This document shows, piece after piece, positions 23,812 through 35,900 of a DNA stretch of 64,000 nt. The notes below the pieces were generated by a model that searched no databases, was not told the DNA's origin, and saw nothing but the letters and a program-made list of their open reading frames with translations. Source of the stretch: Rhizaria sp. SCN 62-66 (lineage: Eukaryota); contig MEDY01000079.1 in assembly GCA_001724265.1 (NCBI GenBank), positions 62,001-126,000 on the forward strand, in the 5' to 3' direction. Positions within the stretch are counted from its first letter, which is position 1, and each line of letters begins with the position of its first letter. The position numbers and the translations under genes are program-made.

Positions 23812-26733
23812 ATGGTGTCCCTGTTCCGGTTGTACATCGGCGCGTCAGTGATGCTTACGTTGTGGGTGGTGCTGCATGCGTGGGTGTCCAACGTCTACTT
23901 GTACCGCACGCTGGCCTTCCTGAGTTCGAACCAGCTCTGTCTGCGCACTATTGTGCATGCGCTCCTGTGGCTGTGCTATGGACTGGCCGAGTTCGCGCGC
24001 CGCGTCTTCGTGCGCAACAAGCACCCTGGCGAGGCCGTGTCGTTTGTCGACGAGGCACGGTTCGCCGCGATCGAGGCCGCGATGGCCGCAATCATCCACT
24101 CGGGCGAGTTCTCTATGCGCGTCTGCCTACACATGGCCGTCGTGCTCGCGTGCAAGTACCTCCGCGCCGCCGTCGCCACGCGCATCGAGTACCAGAACGT
24201 CGACGACGAGGCTGCCGCACGTCCCGGCGACCGCGCGCGCATCTACGTCCTTTGCCTGGGCCTCGTCGTGGCCAACATGTTCGCCGTACGTCGCGCCGCC
24301 GCATCAGTCGCGTGGGGCCAGGTCGCCGCCGCGCCCTCGCGCGTCGGCGGCTTCGGCGCGCGCGCCGAGGTTTTTCCCGTATACTTTATGTTTGAGCACA
24401 CGTGCCTCTGTGCCGGCTTCCTGCACTGCGCGGCGCTCATGACGGCCGCAGACCGCGCCCGCGCGCGCGGCGTGCGCCGTCCCAGCTGGCCCGAGCTGCT
24501 GCTCGACGTCATGCACGCCACGATGATTTTCCTGCTTCACGTCACCTGCGCCGGCGTGCTCCTCGTGCGCGCCTCCGCGCTCACCTTTCTGCTCCGCGGG
24601 CTCATTGTGTCGGCGTCGGACCTCGCGCGCGCGCTGCAGGCCGCACTGGGCGCGCTTGCACACTCGCGGAACCTCGCCGCGCTGCCCGATGCCGCCGCCG
24701 AGGACCTCGCGGACCCCGACGCTGCCGCGGGGGGCGCGCCGCGCATGTGCCTCATCTGCCGCTACGACGTCGCGCTGCCCGCCAAGCGTCTGCGCTGCGG
24801 ACACGTCTTTCACACGGACTGCGTCGTCTCGTGGCTGCGCACGCGCACCGAGTGCCCCACCTGCCGCGAGCCCGCGTTCGCGCCCAAACAGCCCGCCGCG
24901 GCTGCCGTAGCCGCCGCTGCGCCCGCCGTCGCTGCTGCTGCGCCTGCTGCGGCGGCACCGGTGGACGATGCGGCTCGTGCGCTGGAACGCGAACGCGCGC
25001 GCACTGAGCGCCGCAACCAGCGCCGCCTCGAACGCATGCGCAACGCGGACGCCGCCGCCGCCGCTGGTTCTGTCGCTGTTCCTGCCGTGACGGGTTCGGA
25101 CGCGACGACGGCTGCTGCTGCTTCTGCTGCGGGAGACACTGGCGCAAAGAAGGAGAAGCGTGAAAAGAAAAGCAAGAAGCCGGCGACAGCCTCCGAGTCT
25201 GTCTCCACTGAAGCTGCCTTGACTGCTGCACAGCCGGCCGTTGTCGCGGCCGCTGCTGCGCCTGCAACGACCGGCGACCCGTGGCTGGCACTGCTGCACG
25301 CGCACCTCGGCGCCGCCGCCGCTGCCACCGCGGCCGCGCCCGCCACCGCCCCCGTGCTGCCTTCTCTGCCGCTGCCCCTGCCCTTCGCCGCTGCTGCTGA
25401 CGCCTCCACCACTCATCACTCCTCGAGCGCGGGTGCGAACGCTGTGGGTGCCATGCTGGCACAGCAGGTTTCTCTGCTGCAGGCGCACCTCGAGTCGATG
25501 CAGGCGCAGCGCGCGGCGGCCGAGGCGCACGCGCGGCTGCTAGCGCGCCACGCCGCCGCCGCCGCGGTCCTGCTCGACCGCGCCGTCGCCGCGCAGGCGC
25601 GCTACGCAGCGGCGGTGGCAGCGGCGACCGCGCGCGCGCGCAGCCAGACGTCGCGTCGGCAGACTCCCCACAGTCAAACCCCGCACCGCACGCCCGCGCG
25701 CGGCACGCGCTCCGGCGTTGCCGCAGAAGAAGAAGAGAATCCCGGCTCCGACGCCGGCGCCGGCCCCGATGCCTCTAGCTCCACAGCATCCGCCGCCGCA
25801 GTGCCCCACGCTGCAGCGGCTGCGACGAGTCCTGCGAGTGCCGCGGCGTCTGCGCCGTCGCTGTCTGCCGTGGTATCGCTGGGCTCGATCCGTCTCGCGC
25901 TGCCAGACTTTGCCACGCCGTCAGCGTCGCTGGCGCCGCCGCTGTCCGCTGCCGCGTCTACGCTCGCACCCGTCGCCGCCAACGCCGCCGTGCCCGCGCC
26001 CGCGCCCGCGCCCGCGCTCGTAGCCTCCGCCCTCCCCGCCGCCCCCGCCCCCGCCGCCGCCGTTGCCGCCGCTGTCGAGCCCATTGCCGGGCCGGCCGCC
26101 GCGTCAGCAGCAGCTGCGGCGGCGGCGCCTGCAGTCAGCGGTGTGGGCCGCGCCCCGCAGACGCGCGTGCCGCACTCATCCGCGCTCGACACCCCCGTGC
26201 CTCTCGCCAAAGCACCCTCAGGCACAATCCTTTCTTCTTCCTCCACCTCTGCAGCTGCTGCGCCTGCGTCTGCGCCGGCAGTTGCGCCTGCCGCGCCGTC
26301 CGGCGGCTTAACTTCGAACGGATTCACTGCAGGTCCCTCTGACTCCTCAGGCCGCCGACTCAGCGCCGGCCTATCTTCTGGTCTATCCGCCGGTCTCTCT
26401 GCCGGTCTGACATCTGGGCTGAGCGCCACGGGTTCCGGCTCCGCGGCTGGCACCCCGGCGCGTGTTCCCAGCCTCAGCGGCGCGGGCTCCCTCTCCGCAG
26501 GCTCCGGCTCCGCGCTGGGCTCGTCCGCAGCCCCGGCCGCCTCCGCCGCCGCCTCCGCCGCCGCGCGCACCGCGGCCGCCGCAACTGCCGGTCCGCAGAG
26601 CCCGGGGTCGCCGCTGGCCGAAGCGCTGCGCCAGACGGCCGCGAGGCGCATGCTTGCTGAGGCGGAGCGCGATGTTGCCGAGGCTGCCGTGGCCGCCGCG
26701 GCGACGCAGGCGGAGCCGGAGGAGAGCTGGTGA
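23812..26733 (+). CDS. HRD1/synoviolin-like membrane RING-H2 E3 ubiquitin ligase with long Ala-rich tail
   Basis: N-terminal multi-TM region, then CLICRYDVALPAKRLRCGHVFHTDCVVSWLRTRTECPTCR; ends TGA. Confidence 0.75.
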   Translation: MVSLFRLYIGASVMLTLWVVLHAWVSNVYLYRTLAFLSSNQLCLRTIVHALLWLCYGLAEFARRVFVRNKHPGEAVSFVDEARFAAIEAAMAAIIHSGEFSMRVCLHMAVVLACKYLRAAVATRIEYQNVDDEAAARPGDRARIYVLCLGLVVANMFAVRRAAASVAWGQVAAAPSRVGGFGARAEVFPVYFMFEHTCLCAGFLHCAALMTAADRARARGVRRPSWPELLLDVMHATMIFLLHVTCAGVLLVRASALTFLLRGLIVSASDLARALQAALGALAHSRNLAALPDAAAEDLADPDAAAGGAPRMCLICRYDVALPAKRLRCGHVFHTDCVVSWLRTRTECPTCREPAFAPKQPAAAAVAAAAPAVAAAAPAAAAPVDDAARALERERARTERRNQRRLERMRNADAAAAAGSVAVPAVTGSDATTAAAASAAGDTGAKKEKREKKSKKPATASESVSTEAALTAAQPAVVAAAAAPATTGDPWLALLHAHLGAAAAATAAAPATAPVLPSLPLPLPFAAAADASTTHHSSSAGANAVGAMLAQQVSLLQAHLESMQAQRAAAEAHARLLARHAAAAAVLLDRAVAAQARYAAAVAAATARARSQTSRRQTPHSQTPHRTPARGTRSGVAAEEEENPGSDAGAGPDASSSTASAAAVPHAAAAATSPASAAASAPSLSAVVSLGSIRLALPDFATPSASLAPPLSAAASTLAPVAANAAVPAPAPAPALVASALPAAPAPAAAVAAAVEPIAGPAAASAAAAAAAPAVSGVGRAPQTRVPHSSALDTPVPLAKAPSGTILSSSSTSAAAAPASAPAVAPAAPSGGLTSNGFTAGPSDSSGRRLSAGLSSGLSAGLSAGLTSGLSATGSGSAAGTPARVPSLSGAGSLSAGSGSALGSSAAPAASAAASAAARTAAAATAGPQSPGSPLAEALRQTAARRMLAEAERDVAEAAVAAAATQAEPEESW

Positions 26734-26969
26734 AGGACGCATTGCAGCTGAATTGCGGTGTGGGGTCGGTGGTCGTGGTCTGGAGCCGCCTTGATAATGC
26801 GCACTATGATTGATGTCGAACTTCACATGTTGATTATTATATTCATACAAGCAGACTTGTTCATTCATCGCGAGTTGTCGTTCATAGATCGTAAACTATT
26901 CACTGTATTCTTATATAACATTCATATGTAATCGCTAGTTGACCGATGGCTGACAGATTCAATGAATTC

Positions 26970-27662
26970 TCACTCGCATCTAGACACGCTGCTGATTTCC
27001 GCTTGGACCTGGGGTGCTGTTTCCGAGCTGGGCGCCGCGGCGGCGTGCAACGAAGGTGTCGCCGCATACTGCACTTCCTACTGCTGCGCCGTCTGCTGCT
27101 GCTGTTGCTGTTGCTGTGAGCCATACTGCGAACCGTACTGCGCACGATGTTGCGCACCGTACTGCTGCGTGCTGTGCTGAGGCGTGGCCGCGTGCAGAGG
27201 CGTGGTGCAGTCGGGGTACACGACGTCGGGCGGGGCGTCGTCGACGCGGAGCGTGGAGCGGCGCTGCAGCCCCTGTGCGAGCGTCTCCACTTTGACCGGG
27301 TTGGTGAGCACGTAGGTGTGGCAGAAACGGCACGCGCGCACGCTCTTGTGCTCGCGCCGCGGGTCCGCCAGGTTGAACGCTGAGCATGTTTCGCAGAACA
27401 CAAAGCCGCACGCGCGGCAATGGCTGCGCGGGGGGTGGCGAAGAGGATGGGAGAGCAGGGTGAGCGAGAATGAGTGAGCGCGAGTAAAAGGAGGGGCTGG
27501 GCGTGAAGTCAAGTAACGATGTTGAGAGAGTGAGGTGACGTACTGGCGACGAAAGGTTAGGGAGAAAGGCTTGTCGCAGCCGTTGCATTGGTGAGCCTGC
27601 TCATCTGGCTGCCAGGCAGAAGTGCCCGGCCAGGTCACGATTCCCGCCTTTGGGGTGGTCAT
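26970..27662 (-). CDS. FYVE zinc-finger protein; exons 27662-27544, 27423-26970; in-frame TAG at 27080-27078
   Basis: WQPD..CNGC..F; splicing restores RRHHCRACG; VRACRFC; frame continues 35 codons past the TAG to a TGA. Confidence 0.85.
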
Positions 27663-28304
27663 GTGTTGACAGAGCGAGATGCAGGAGCTTATTGCGGTGT
27701 GTCGATCAATCGAATGCTCCTCCGGGAGCTGTGAGATAAAGCCAAGAAGGGTTATTACGTAAAACTACGGTGTGAGTGGTGATGGTGAATACATTCAACT
27801 CAGTCACAGTGTCATAGACAACTGTAGACTCAGTAATACCGCCGCGATTGACTTGCACTTTAACTGACGTGACCTTGGCAAAAGTAGTTGTCACACCAGT
27901 CGGCGAGCTTGCGGGAAGAAGAAACATGCAATCCAGTCGTCATTTACTGGCACCATTATAGTCAAATTGTTTATATGCTAATTAAATCTTAATCTATAAA
28001 TTATACGTTCTCAATTCATCATCATATTGTCAAAAGGCCTTGCCAATCACGAACCGTGAAGGAGGGCTTGGCTCACGCCACCAACGAAAGCGTTGAACGC
28101 GCATCCTATGGTATCGTATATTTCCTTGACAACATCGCACGTGGAATGTGGCTATCATGCACGCATGCACTTCATATTTTGCCTTTATTCTCACACAACA
28201 TCAGCTTCCATTCATATCTTCCCGCTTCCCCGCTCGCTCTGTGCTCTCCTTGAATCTCGCCTCGCGCCTCGCGCCTCCTCTGCGTGCAGCCGCGTCCCAC
28301 TGCG

Positions 28305-28979
28305 ATGTCTTCCCAGGTCGACGCCGCGAGCGCGCAGCACATGTTGAACCGGATCAGCGCGCTGGAGCTGTTGGTCTCCTACACGTCGCGCAGCCTGGAT
28401 GGTTCCTCTGCGCCCGGCCTCGACGTCGACGCGGTCCAGGCGCAGTTCCGCTCGGCCTCGCGCGTGCCCCGCGGCGCCGCGCCCGCGCCGCTGGTCTCAC
28501 TGCTGGAGCGCTTTAAGACAGTCAGCGAGGCCTTCGCGCGCCTTAAGGACGACCATCCGGACATCCAGCTGCTGCTGCAGCACCAGGCCGCGCACCCGGC
28601 GATCTTCGCCGCGCCCGCCTCGGCCGCCTCGGCCGCGGCGCCTCTGCCCGCCTCGGCGCTGGAGCCTCTGCTGCTGGAGAGCGCCGATGACGTTTCCGCG
28701 GCCGCGCGCGCGTTGGAACAGCTCTCTGCGCTGACGCCGCTGCTCGACGCGCCCCTGGGCGGCGCCGCGGGGGGTGGGCTCGCGGCGCTGACTGGACGGA
28801 TCGCGGCGGCCGAGACGGCCGTGGCGGCGCTCGCGGCCGAGGCCGAGGACGCGCACGCGCGCGTGGACGCCGCGGCCCGCGCGTACGGTGCGGCGGTGCA
28901 CGCGGTGAGCGCGCAACTGCTCGCGTGGTCCGCGGAGCTAGACCGACTCGAGGCAATCATCGATAAGCTCAGCAACTGA
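28305..28979 (+). CDS. Dynactin subunit 3 (p22/p24)-like
   Basis: Small helical protein with LEQLSALTPLLD and Y...V..VSAQLLAW..EL.RLE, resembling the DCTN3 C-terminus as I recall it; ends TGA. Confidence 0.65.
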   Translation: MSSQVDAASAQHMLNRISALELLVSYTSRSLDGSSAPGLDVDAVQAQFRSASRVPRGAAPAPLVSLLERFKTVSEAFARLKDDHPDIQLLLQHQAAHPAIFAAPASAASAAAPLPASALEPLLLESADDVSAAARALEQLSALTPLLDAPLGGAAGGGLAALTGRIAAAETAVAALAAEAEDAHARVDAAARAYGAAVHAVSAQLLAWSAELDRLEAIIDKLSN

Positions 28980-29327
28980 ACTGAACTGCTTCTGACTCGA
29001 GTGCTTGAGTTGAGGCTAGAACGAGTTTGATGAGATAACGATGTGGGGCCAGTTGATACAGGTCGTGGTTAGGCTCTGTATGTCGATGTGTTCTGTGCCT
29101 CCTCACATGATGTTACTTTGCTTGTCGATGATATGAACATCTTGGATTCATGTGAATACAAACAACTTTACTTAGCATTCTAGAGGTCGAATCATTCGTA
29201 TTGATCAAACAAGCGTGTTCGTTTGTGTATTTCTGATTTTGATGTTCTTGAATTTGCATTCGAGTTGTCTATCTTCGTGTGTTCTAAGGTAAGTAACATT
29301 GTTATTGTTGTTGGTGCGTAAGAAGCC

Positions 29328-29663
29328 TTACGCCTTCTTATCGGCGGCGGCCGCAGCGGCCTCCTCGGCCTCGCGGCGCGCGCGCTCAAGCTTGCGCTGC
29401 TGCTGCGCCTCCTCCTGCTTGCGCGCGCGCGTGGTGACGTCGCGGTCAACGCGCGCCTGCAGCGCGGCGCGGCGCGCCGCCACAGCGTCGATGAGCCACT
29501 CGAGCGCGTGTGCCAGCGCCGCCGCGGCCGCGGGCTCAGGCTTGCCCTGCGCCAACAGCTTTGCAGAGCACGGCACCACGTGGAACAGGTCCGAGTGCGC
29601 GGACTAAAACGAGTGGAGCAAAAATGAATAACAAAAGTGGTCTTGTGAGTCAATATAGCTATA

Positions 29664-29698
<35 letters not shown>

Positions 29699-31212
29699 AA
29701 ATGCGTGACTTTCAATAGAGAAGACGAGTTCATGATTAGATAATAGATGATAGAGCGTACCTTAATCTTGAGCTTGACAATAACCTCGTGAGGCGTGATG
29801 TACCCCTTGGCGTCGTCATCATCGTCGGTCTTATTGAGCAGCACCAGCACGGGCTTGTCCGTCACTGACTCGTGAGCGAGCAGTGCCGCCCAGTCCGCCG
29901 CTGCGGTGTCCAGCGCACCGCGGTCACGCGCGTCGAGCACGAAAACGACGCCGTGCACGTCGGCGTAGTAGTGCGGCCAGATGCCTTTAATCTTGGCGCC
30001 GCCGCCGAGCCCGAACGCGCGCACCGGCCGCGCGCGCGCGCCGACCGGGAACACGTCCAGCTCGAAGCCGTTGGTCGGCGCCACGCTGGCTTCGGGTTCG
30101 TTCTTGAGTACGTTGACAATGGACGTCTTGCCCGCGCCCTGCGGACCGACCACGGCCACCGTCGTCTCGAACGCAGCCTTCCTCTTGCCGCCGCGGCGCT
30201 GCTGCTCCTGCTGCTGCTGACTGGCGTTACTGCCGCCGTTCTTGCGGAGCGCGCCGCGGTCGGGCTCGGGGCTCTCGTCGTCGGTGGGCGCGGGGGGTGC
30301 AAAGGCGCCGCAGGCGGTAATAAGCACGGGCTGCACGGGCCGCTCCATGCGCAGTGGCACGGCGTTGAGAGCGGTGAGCGCCTCCATGCCCAGCACGATG
30401 CGGCCGAATACGACGCGCTTGCCGTCGAGCGCGGGCAGCGCCTTGAGCGTGACGTAGAACTGCGAGTTGTTGGTGTGGGGCGAGCCGGCGGAGGCCATGG
30501 CAAGCACGCCGGGCCCGTCGTGGCCGCACTCGAGTGACTCGTCGGGGAAAAAGGGCCCGAAGATGGACTCACCGCCGTTGCCGCGGCCGGACACGACGTC
30601 GCCGAACTGCAGCCACGCGTCGCGTACCACGCGGTGCATCGGCGTGTTAAGGAAATGGAGCGCCGCGCCAGAGGGCGCCACGCCGCGCTCGCCCGAGCAC
30701 AGCGCAAGAAAGTTCTCCACCGTCTTGGGGCACCGCGCGGCGAATAGCTCGACGACTATGCGGTGTACGGTCGGCGCCGAGGAGCCCTCGGAGGCGGGGA
30801 TCGTGAACTCCAGAAACGCAAACTTGCTCTGGCCCTGCTTAGCGGCAACGTACGTGGCCAGCTGGTGCTCGGCGATGGCGGCGAACTGACCCTGCAGCTG
30901 CGCGTACGTCTTGCGGTCGGACCGCGGGTCGCCGGTCTGGTAGAGCTGGTCTGCCCATGCCACCAGCTCGTCTGTCGCGCCCACGTAGCCCACCACGCTA
31001 TGCGAGACCAGCGGCAGGTCCGTCGTGTGGTCATATGCGCGCCCGCCCAGCTCCTCCTTGGCGCGCGCGAGGTATTCGAGCCACTCGGCCTCGACCAGCC
31101 CGACCACGCGAAGCTTGAGCCCGGGATCCTCGGTCACGATGTCCTCCGCCACCAGCCGCGCCTCGTGGAACAGAGGGGAGCTCAGCGACCCTGAGACTGT
31201 CAGAATCGGCAT
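29328..31212 (-). CDS. Fusion of PPIL6-like cyclophilin and ARL13-like small GTPase with coiled coil; exons 31212-29761, 29603-29328
   Basis: CPKTVENFLALCSGE, HRVVRDAWLQFGD, GGESIFG, NNSQFYVT; then GPQGAGKTS, PTNGF, GLGGG..IKGIWPHYY, LLNKTD, LEWL plus coiled coil; ends TAA. Confidence 0.85.
29663..29701. repeat. (AC)7 followed by a ~25-nt A run, inside intron 29760-29604
   Basis: Read directly. Confidence 0.85.
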
Positions 31213-32910
31213 CTGTAGTATAGTTAAAACACAAATCAAGGCAACATGTCGCGAAACTGTGAACTTGTCGCGTGCTAATCCTTCTTGAAAGGCAAACTCG
31301 AACCCTTGCGCTCAATCGTTCAAAACAGTCAAGAAAAACAGCCATAAAACTGACAGATAACCGTCAATTGAAATGTGAATAAGAATATCTAAAAACAATA
31401 AAAGCAATTAACATGGTGATATAATTATGTTTCATGTGATGTCTTCTGTAGCTCACTATGTTGGATACAAATTCGACTCGTTGGTAGCCGTTACGTCCAC
31501 ACTCGGAGCAGCCGCTCAGTCATCGCCAAGAACCAGAGTATGAATGGCATATCTGTGTATATAAGTGTTTGAACCAAAGAATGTGCATCTTTACATCAAC
31601 ACATTGTTTTATAACCTATATCACAGAAATTATTCCTGAATCCGTCATTGTCGCGAGAAATGACTCGTGATTCTTTCCGAAGTCTAACGGTTGCCTCTAT
31701 ATCGTACGCCTCTCTGCGCGACATCCATAAATCAAACTACCAATCACTTCAAACTCGGTGCGTGGTGCAGTTTGGCTTCTAATAATAGCGCGCGCGCAAC
31801 TATGAATATCTGCAATGTTTGGACTCTCTTCGACTCGTAGCATCGGTCAATCAGTAACTTCAAGTTGCGCACACTTCGCCGCATGTTCAGTTGAAAGTCG
31901 TAACGCTCTGGATTGCAAGAATAATGCAACAGCAGGCCTGCGGCATATAGAAACCCGCTGACAAAGCACGATGCGCTGGATATCGAGGGGTTTTCACGAC
32001 CGTATGAGAACGAGATCGCACGCCACACAGAGTATAGGATAACACGAAATGCGCACCCACCAATTATCGTCGTATATTCACTTGAAGTGAGATCCTAGAC
32101 ATGATGTCTCTCTCCCGGATATAAAAGCCAATTGCTAAGGCAAGACTATTGCTGCAACGTTGCCGAACGCAGGGTATCAACGACTTGAAGCGGTGTATGA
32201 CTTGAAGTTCGCAACGATGTACGTTTGTGGTTGTGACAGAATCGAACTGCAATAGTTGCACTGCTGATTATAACTTCGTATGTCGTGGAATTTTAAATAA
32301 ACCACTAAATACACAGTGCGATCACTGTGTCGACTGTGGGCGTTGATGCGACGGCACTCTCACCTGGCAGGAGGGCGGCCTGACTTTTCGCCACGACACC
32401 CTAGACCCTGTTGATGTGACCCGCCAGAAACCTGCCTTCGACGTGCGAAACAAACATCTGCAGTATGGGGTTGCTAGACCGTTGTTGCTATGAAAACCGA
32501 TAATCCATAACTTAAGTATACTGAATCATTTGGGCATTTAATAATATTCTCTTGAACTGAGTTCTTGCTTGTGAATTCACTTGATCACAGTAGTGGGTCT
32601 CTCAGTTCACTTAAAGCTTGCGCTGCACTCCTATCAAGTTGCTCATGCTATGAATCATGCGTTCTTCGACTAGGATTACGCGTTTTTGCAACGAAATTGT
32701 GCTTGTACAGCGGATTATAGCTGTTCTATCGCGTTATGACTTTTTCCTGCTTGCGTAGAATGATGATGTCTTTAAGACCCTGCTCCTGACCCTCGCTGCC
32801 TCTTCTTTCTCTCACATCTCTCTGTCCAACTCTTTCTCTGCACTATTTTTTGCCAATCGCATTGTCTTGCCCGTTTTTAACGCGTTGACTCTTTGTAGCC
32901 CCCGCTTGAA

Positions 32911-35900
32911 ATGGCTTCAAAGCAGTTTCAAGTGCTGTCGATGACGACGCAGGGCATCCAGGACGCCATCAAGGCGTCTCTGCAGAACCCACCGGATGTG
33001 GAGGACTACACCTTCGAGGAGCGCTACTGCCGCGGTGTCAACCGCGTTGTCCGTCCCAAGCAAGACGAGGTACGCACCCCTGCCCCCGCCCCGCACCCGC
33101 TTCAAGTTGATATCGTTTGCACTTAAATCTGCTTTGTATTGACTCGTATTCTTCGACACTCGTTCACTCTCTCACTTGATTGTTCTTGAAACTCTACACC
33201 CCTGTCCCTGTCCTCCCGATCTATTACTCTGTCGCTCTGCCGCGGTGCACGCCGTGTTCAGCTGGACCGGCTGCACTTCACGCGTCTGGAGAGCACCATC
33301 ACGCGCCGCGCCAACGTGTTCGAAGCCTTCCGCATGAACTGCGTTGCGCACCCGCGCAAGGTCATGGCCGTGTGGTACGAGGACGCCACGGCCGAGACGG
33401 TGCGCTGGACCTACGGCGACCTGTGGGCGCGCGCGCGCGCGATCGCGGCCGTGCTCGAGCGCCAGCACGGAGTGCGCCGCGGCGACCGCGTGCTCATGGT
33501 GTACGAGCCCTGCGTCGACTTCTTCACCGCGTTCTGGGCGCTGGTGGGGCTGGGCGCGATCGCAGTGCCCGTGTGCCCGCCGGATCCGTTCTCGCCGACG
33601 GCGGACGCCACGGACAAGCTGCTGGCCGTGACCAAGGACGCCGAGCCAAAGCTCATCCTGACCTCGCGTAAGTACAAGGACACGCTCGCGGCCGCGCGCA
33701 CCTTCCTAGGCGCCGAGTTCCAGGCCGTGCTGGAGGAGAAGGAGCACATCCTCGACTTCAGCCGCCGCGTCTGGGTGTCGACCGACGACATTCCGGTCTC
33801 GGCCGCGGGCAGCTGGACTTTCCCGTCCTCCGAGCTCACCAAGGAGGACGACGTCGTGTTCCTGCAGTACACCTCCGGCTCCACTGGCGGCGCCAAGGGC
33901 GTCATGGTGCAGCACAAGACGCTCATGGCCAACTGCATGAACTGCGCACTGCTCACGCAGGGCCTCGGCTCGATCTACACGTACCAGTTCTCGCTCGGCG
34001 TGTCGTGGCTCCCGACGTTCCACGACATGGGGCTCATCGGCTTCCACGTCGCGCCCGTCGTCATCGGCGGCACCATGATCTACTTCTCCCCCATCACCTT
34101 CATCCAAAACCCCGTGATGTGGCTCCAGGTCATCTCCAAGTTCCGCCACGTCTCCTCTGGTGCGCCGCCCTTCGCGCTCGACCTCTGCGCGCGCCGCGTC
34201 ACGCCCAAGGAGCTGCAGGCGCTCGACCTCTCCGGGCTAGAGATCCTCGTGCTCGGCGCCGAGCCAATCCGCGCGAGCTACATGGAGGAGTTCGGCCGCC
34301 GCTTCGCGCCCTACGGCTTCAACCCGCGCGCGTACATGACGTGCTACGGCATGGCCGAGAACGTGCTCCACGTCGCCGGCAAGTGGTCCAACCAGTACGA
34401 GGCGCGCAAGATCCTAGTCGACTCGGCGCTGCTCAATCGCAACCGCCTCGCGGTGTACCGGGACGAGATCGTCGCGCTGCCCGCGCAAGCCGGCCGGCCC
34501 TACCTCACCGCACGCGCCGAGCTGCTGGCCCCGCTCGCCGCGGGTGCCGACAAAGACGCGCAGTGGCTCGTGTCGTCCGGCGAGCTCATCAACTTCGACG
34601 ACCCGGTGACTGTTGACCCCGAAAACCACGCGGACCTGCGCGCGCGCGCGCCGCACTTCTACCGCCGCGAAGTCGCGTCGTACATCGTTATCGTGAACCC
34701 TGACTCGCAGGAGGAAGTGGCCGACGGCACGGTGGGCGAGATCTGGATCGCGTCGCCGTCGCGCACGGCTGGGTACTGGAACAAGCCCGAGCTCAACGAG
34801 CGCAACTTCCGCGCCTTGCTGCGCCGCGCCGTCAAGGGCGAGACGCAGGCGCTGCTGACCTGGGCGCAGACCAAGGGCCGCTACCTCACGGGCACCGTCG
34901 ACCCGGACACGGTCAAGCTCGAGGACGTGAAGCGCTCGCGCGAGCCCGTCGTGGGGTTCCTGGAGAACTGCGTGGACAAGCGAACTGGCGACGTGCACTG
35001 GATGCGCTCGGGTGACATGGGCGTCGTGTTCGACAACAACATCTTCATCACGGGCCGCATCAAGGACATGATCATCATCCGCGGCCAGAACTTCTACGCC
35101 GACGACCTGGAGCACTGTATCACGTCGGGCAACTTCCGCGGCGCAGACGTCTCCGCGGGCGCCAAGACGACGGCGCTGACGCGCGACCCCTCGCTGCAGG
35201 CGCTGTCGGCGCTGCGGCCGGGCTCCGCAATCGCGTACTCGATCACGATCCCCTCGGACGGCACGGCCACCTGCGCGGCAACGCAGACGCGAACCGAAGG
35301 CGAGCACCTCGCCGTCGTCGTCGAGCTGCGCGCGGACCCCAACGAGGACGACGACGACGAGTCTGACGGCGACGACGCCTCCGCGTCGGCCTCGGCCTCG
35401 GCGGGTGCGAATAGCGACAGCGACGACGACAACGGCGATGCGGCCGTCAGCGCGTCGGCCAAGTCCGTCGCAGGCATCGCCGACGGCGGCCGCGTGCGCC
35501 GCAAGCGTAAGTCGGGCAACCAGATGCCGCTGTGGCAGCGCGTGCTGATGCGCTACGGCGGGCCCATCGTCAGCGGTATGTCTGCGCTGTACGAGCGCAA
35601 CGAGCAGGCCGTGCACGCACAGACGGCGCACGAGCAGCAGCAGTCTGGCGCGAGTGGGCGCCGCGGCATGGGCTGTGCGGCGCGCGCGAAGCTCATCGCG
35701 CAGCACAGCATGGTGCTGGCCGTGAAGCGCGGCATCGACACCGCCAAGTACATCTCGGCGTACCTGAACCCGCAGCAGGCCACGCGCGACGCCGTCGCCA
35801 GCCGCGACGCCTCAGCCGCGGCCGCCGCCAACGGCGCGCTCTCCGCGGGCGCTGTCGGCGACGGGGAAAGCAAGAACAAGGCGGCACGGCGCCACCTGCC

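Noticed and set aside
31285-31320. GGTTCGAG T-loop-like motif on the minus strand, a possible suppressor tRNA
   Set aside because: No cloverleaf could be folded; no tRNA gene recognised in the window.
31400-32900. Short ORFs in the long spacer between the cyclophilin-ARL and FAAL-PKS genes
   Set aside because: AT-rich, interrupted by TAA/TGA in the frames checked, no motifs.
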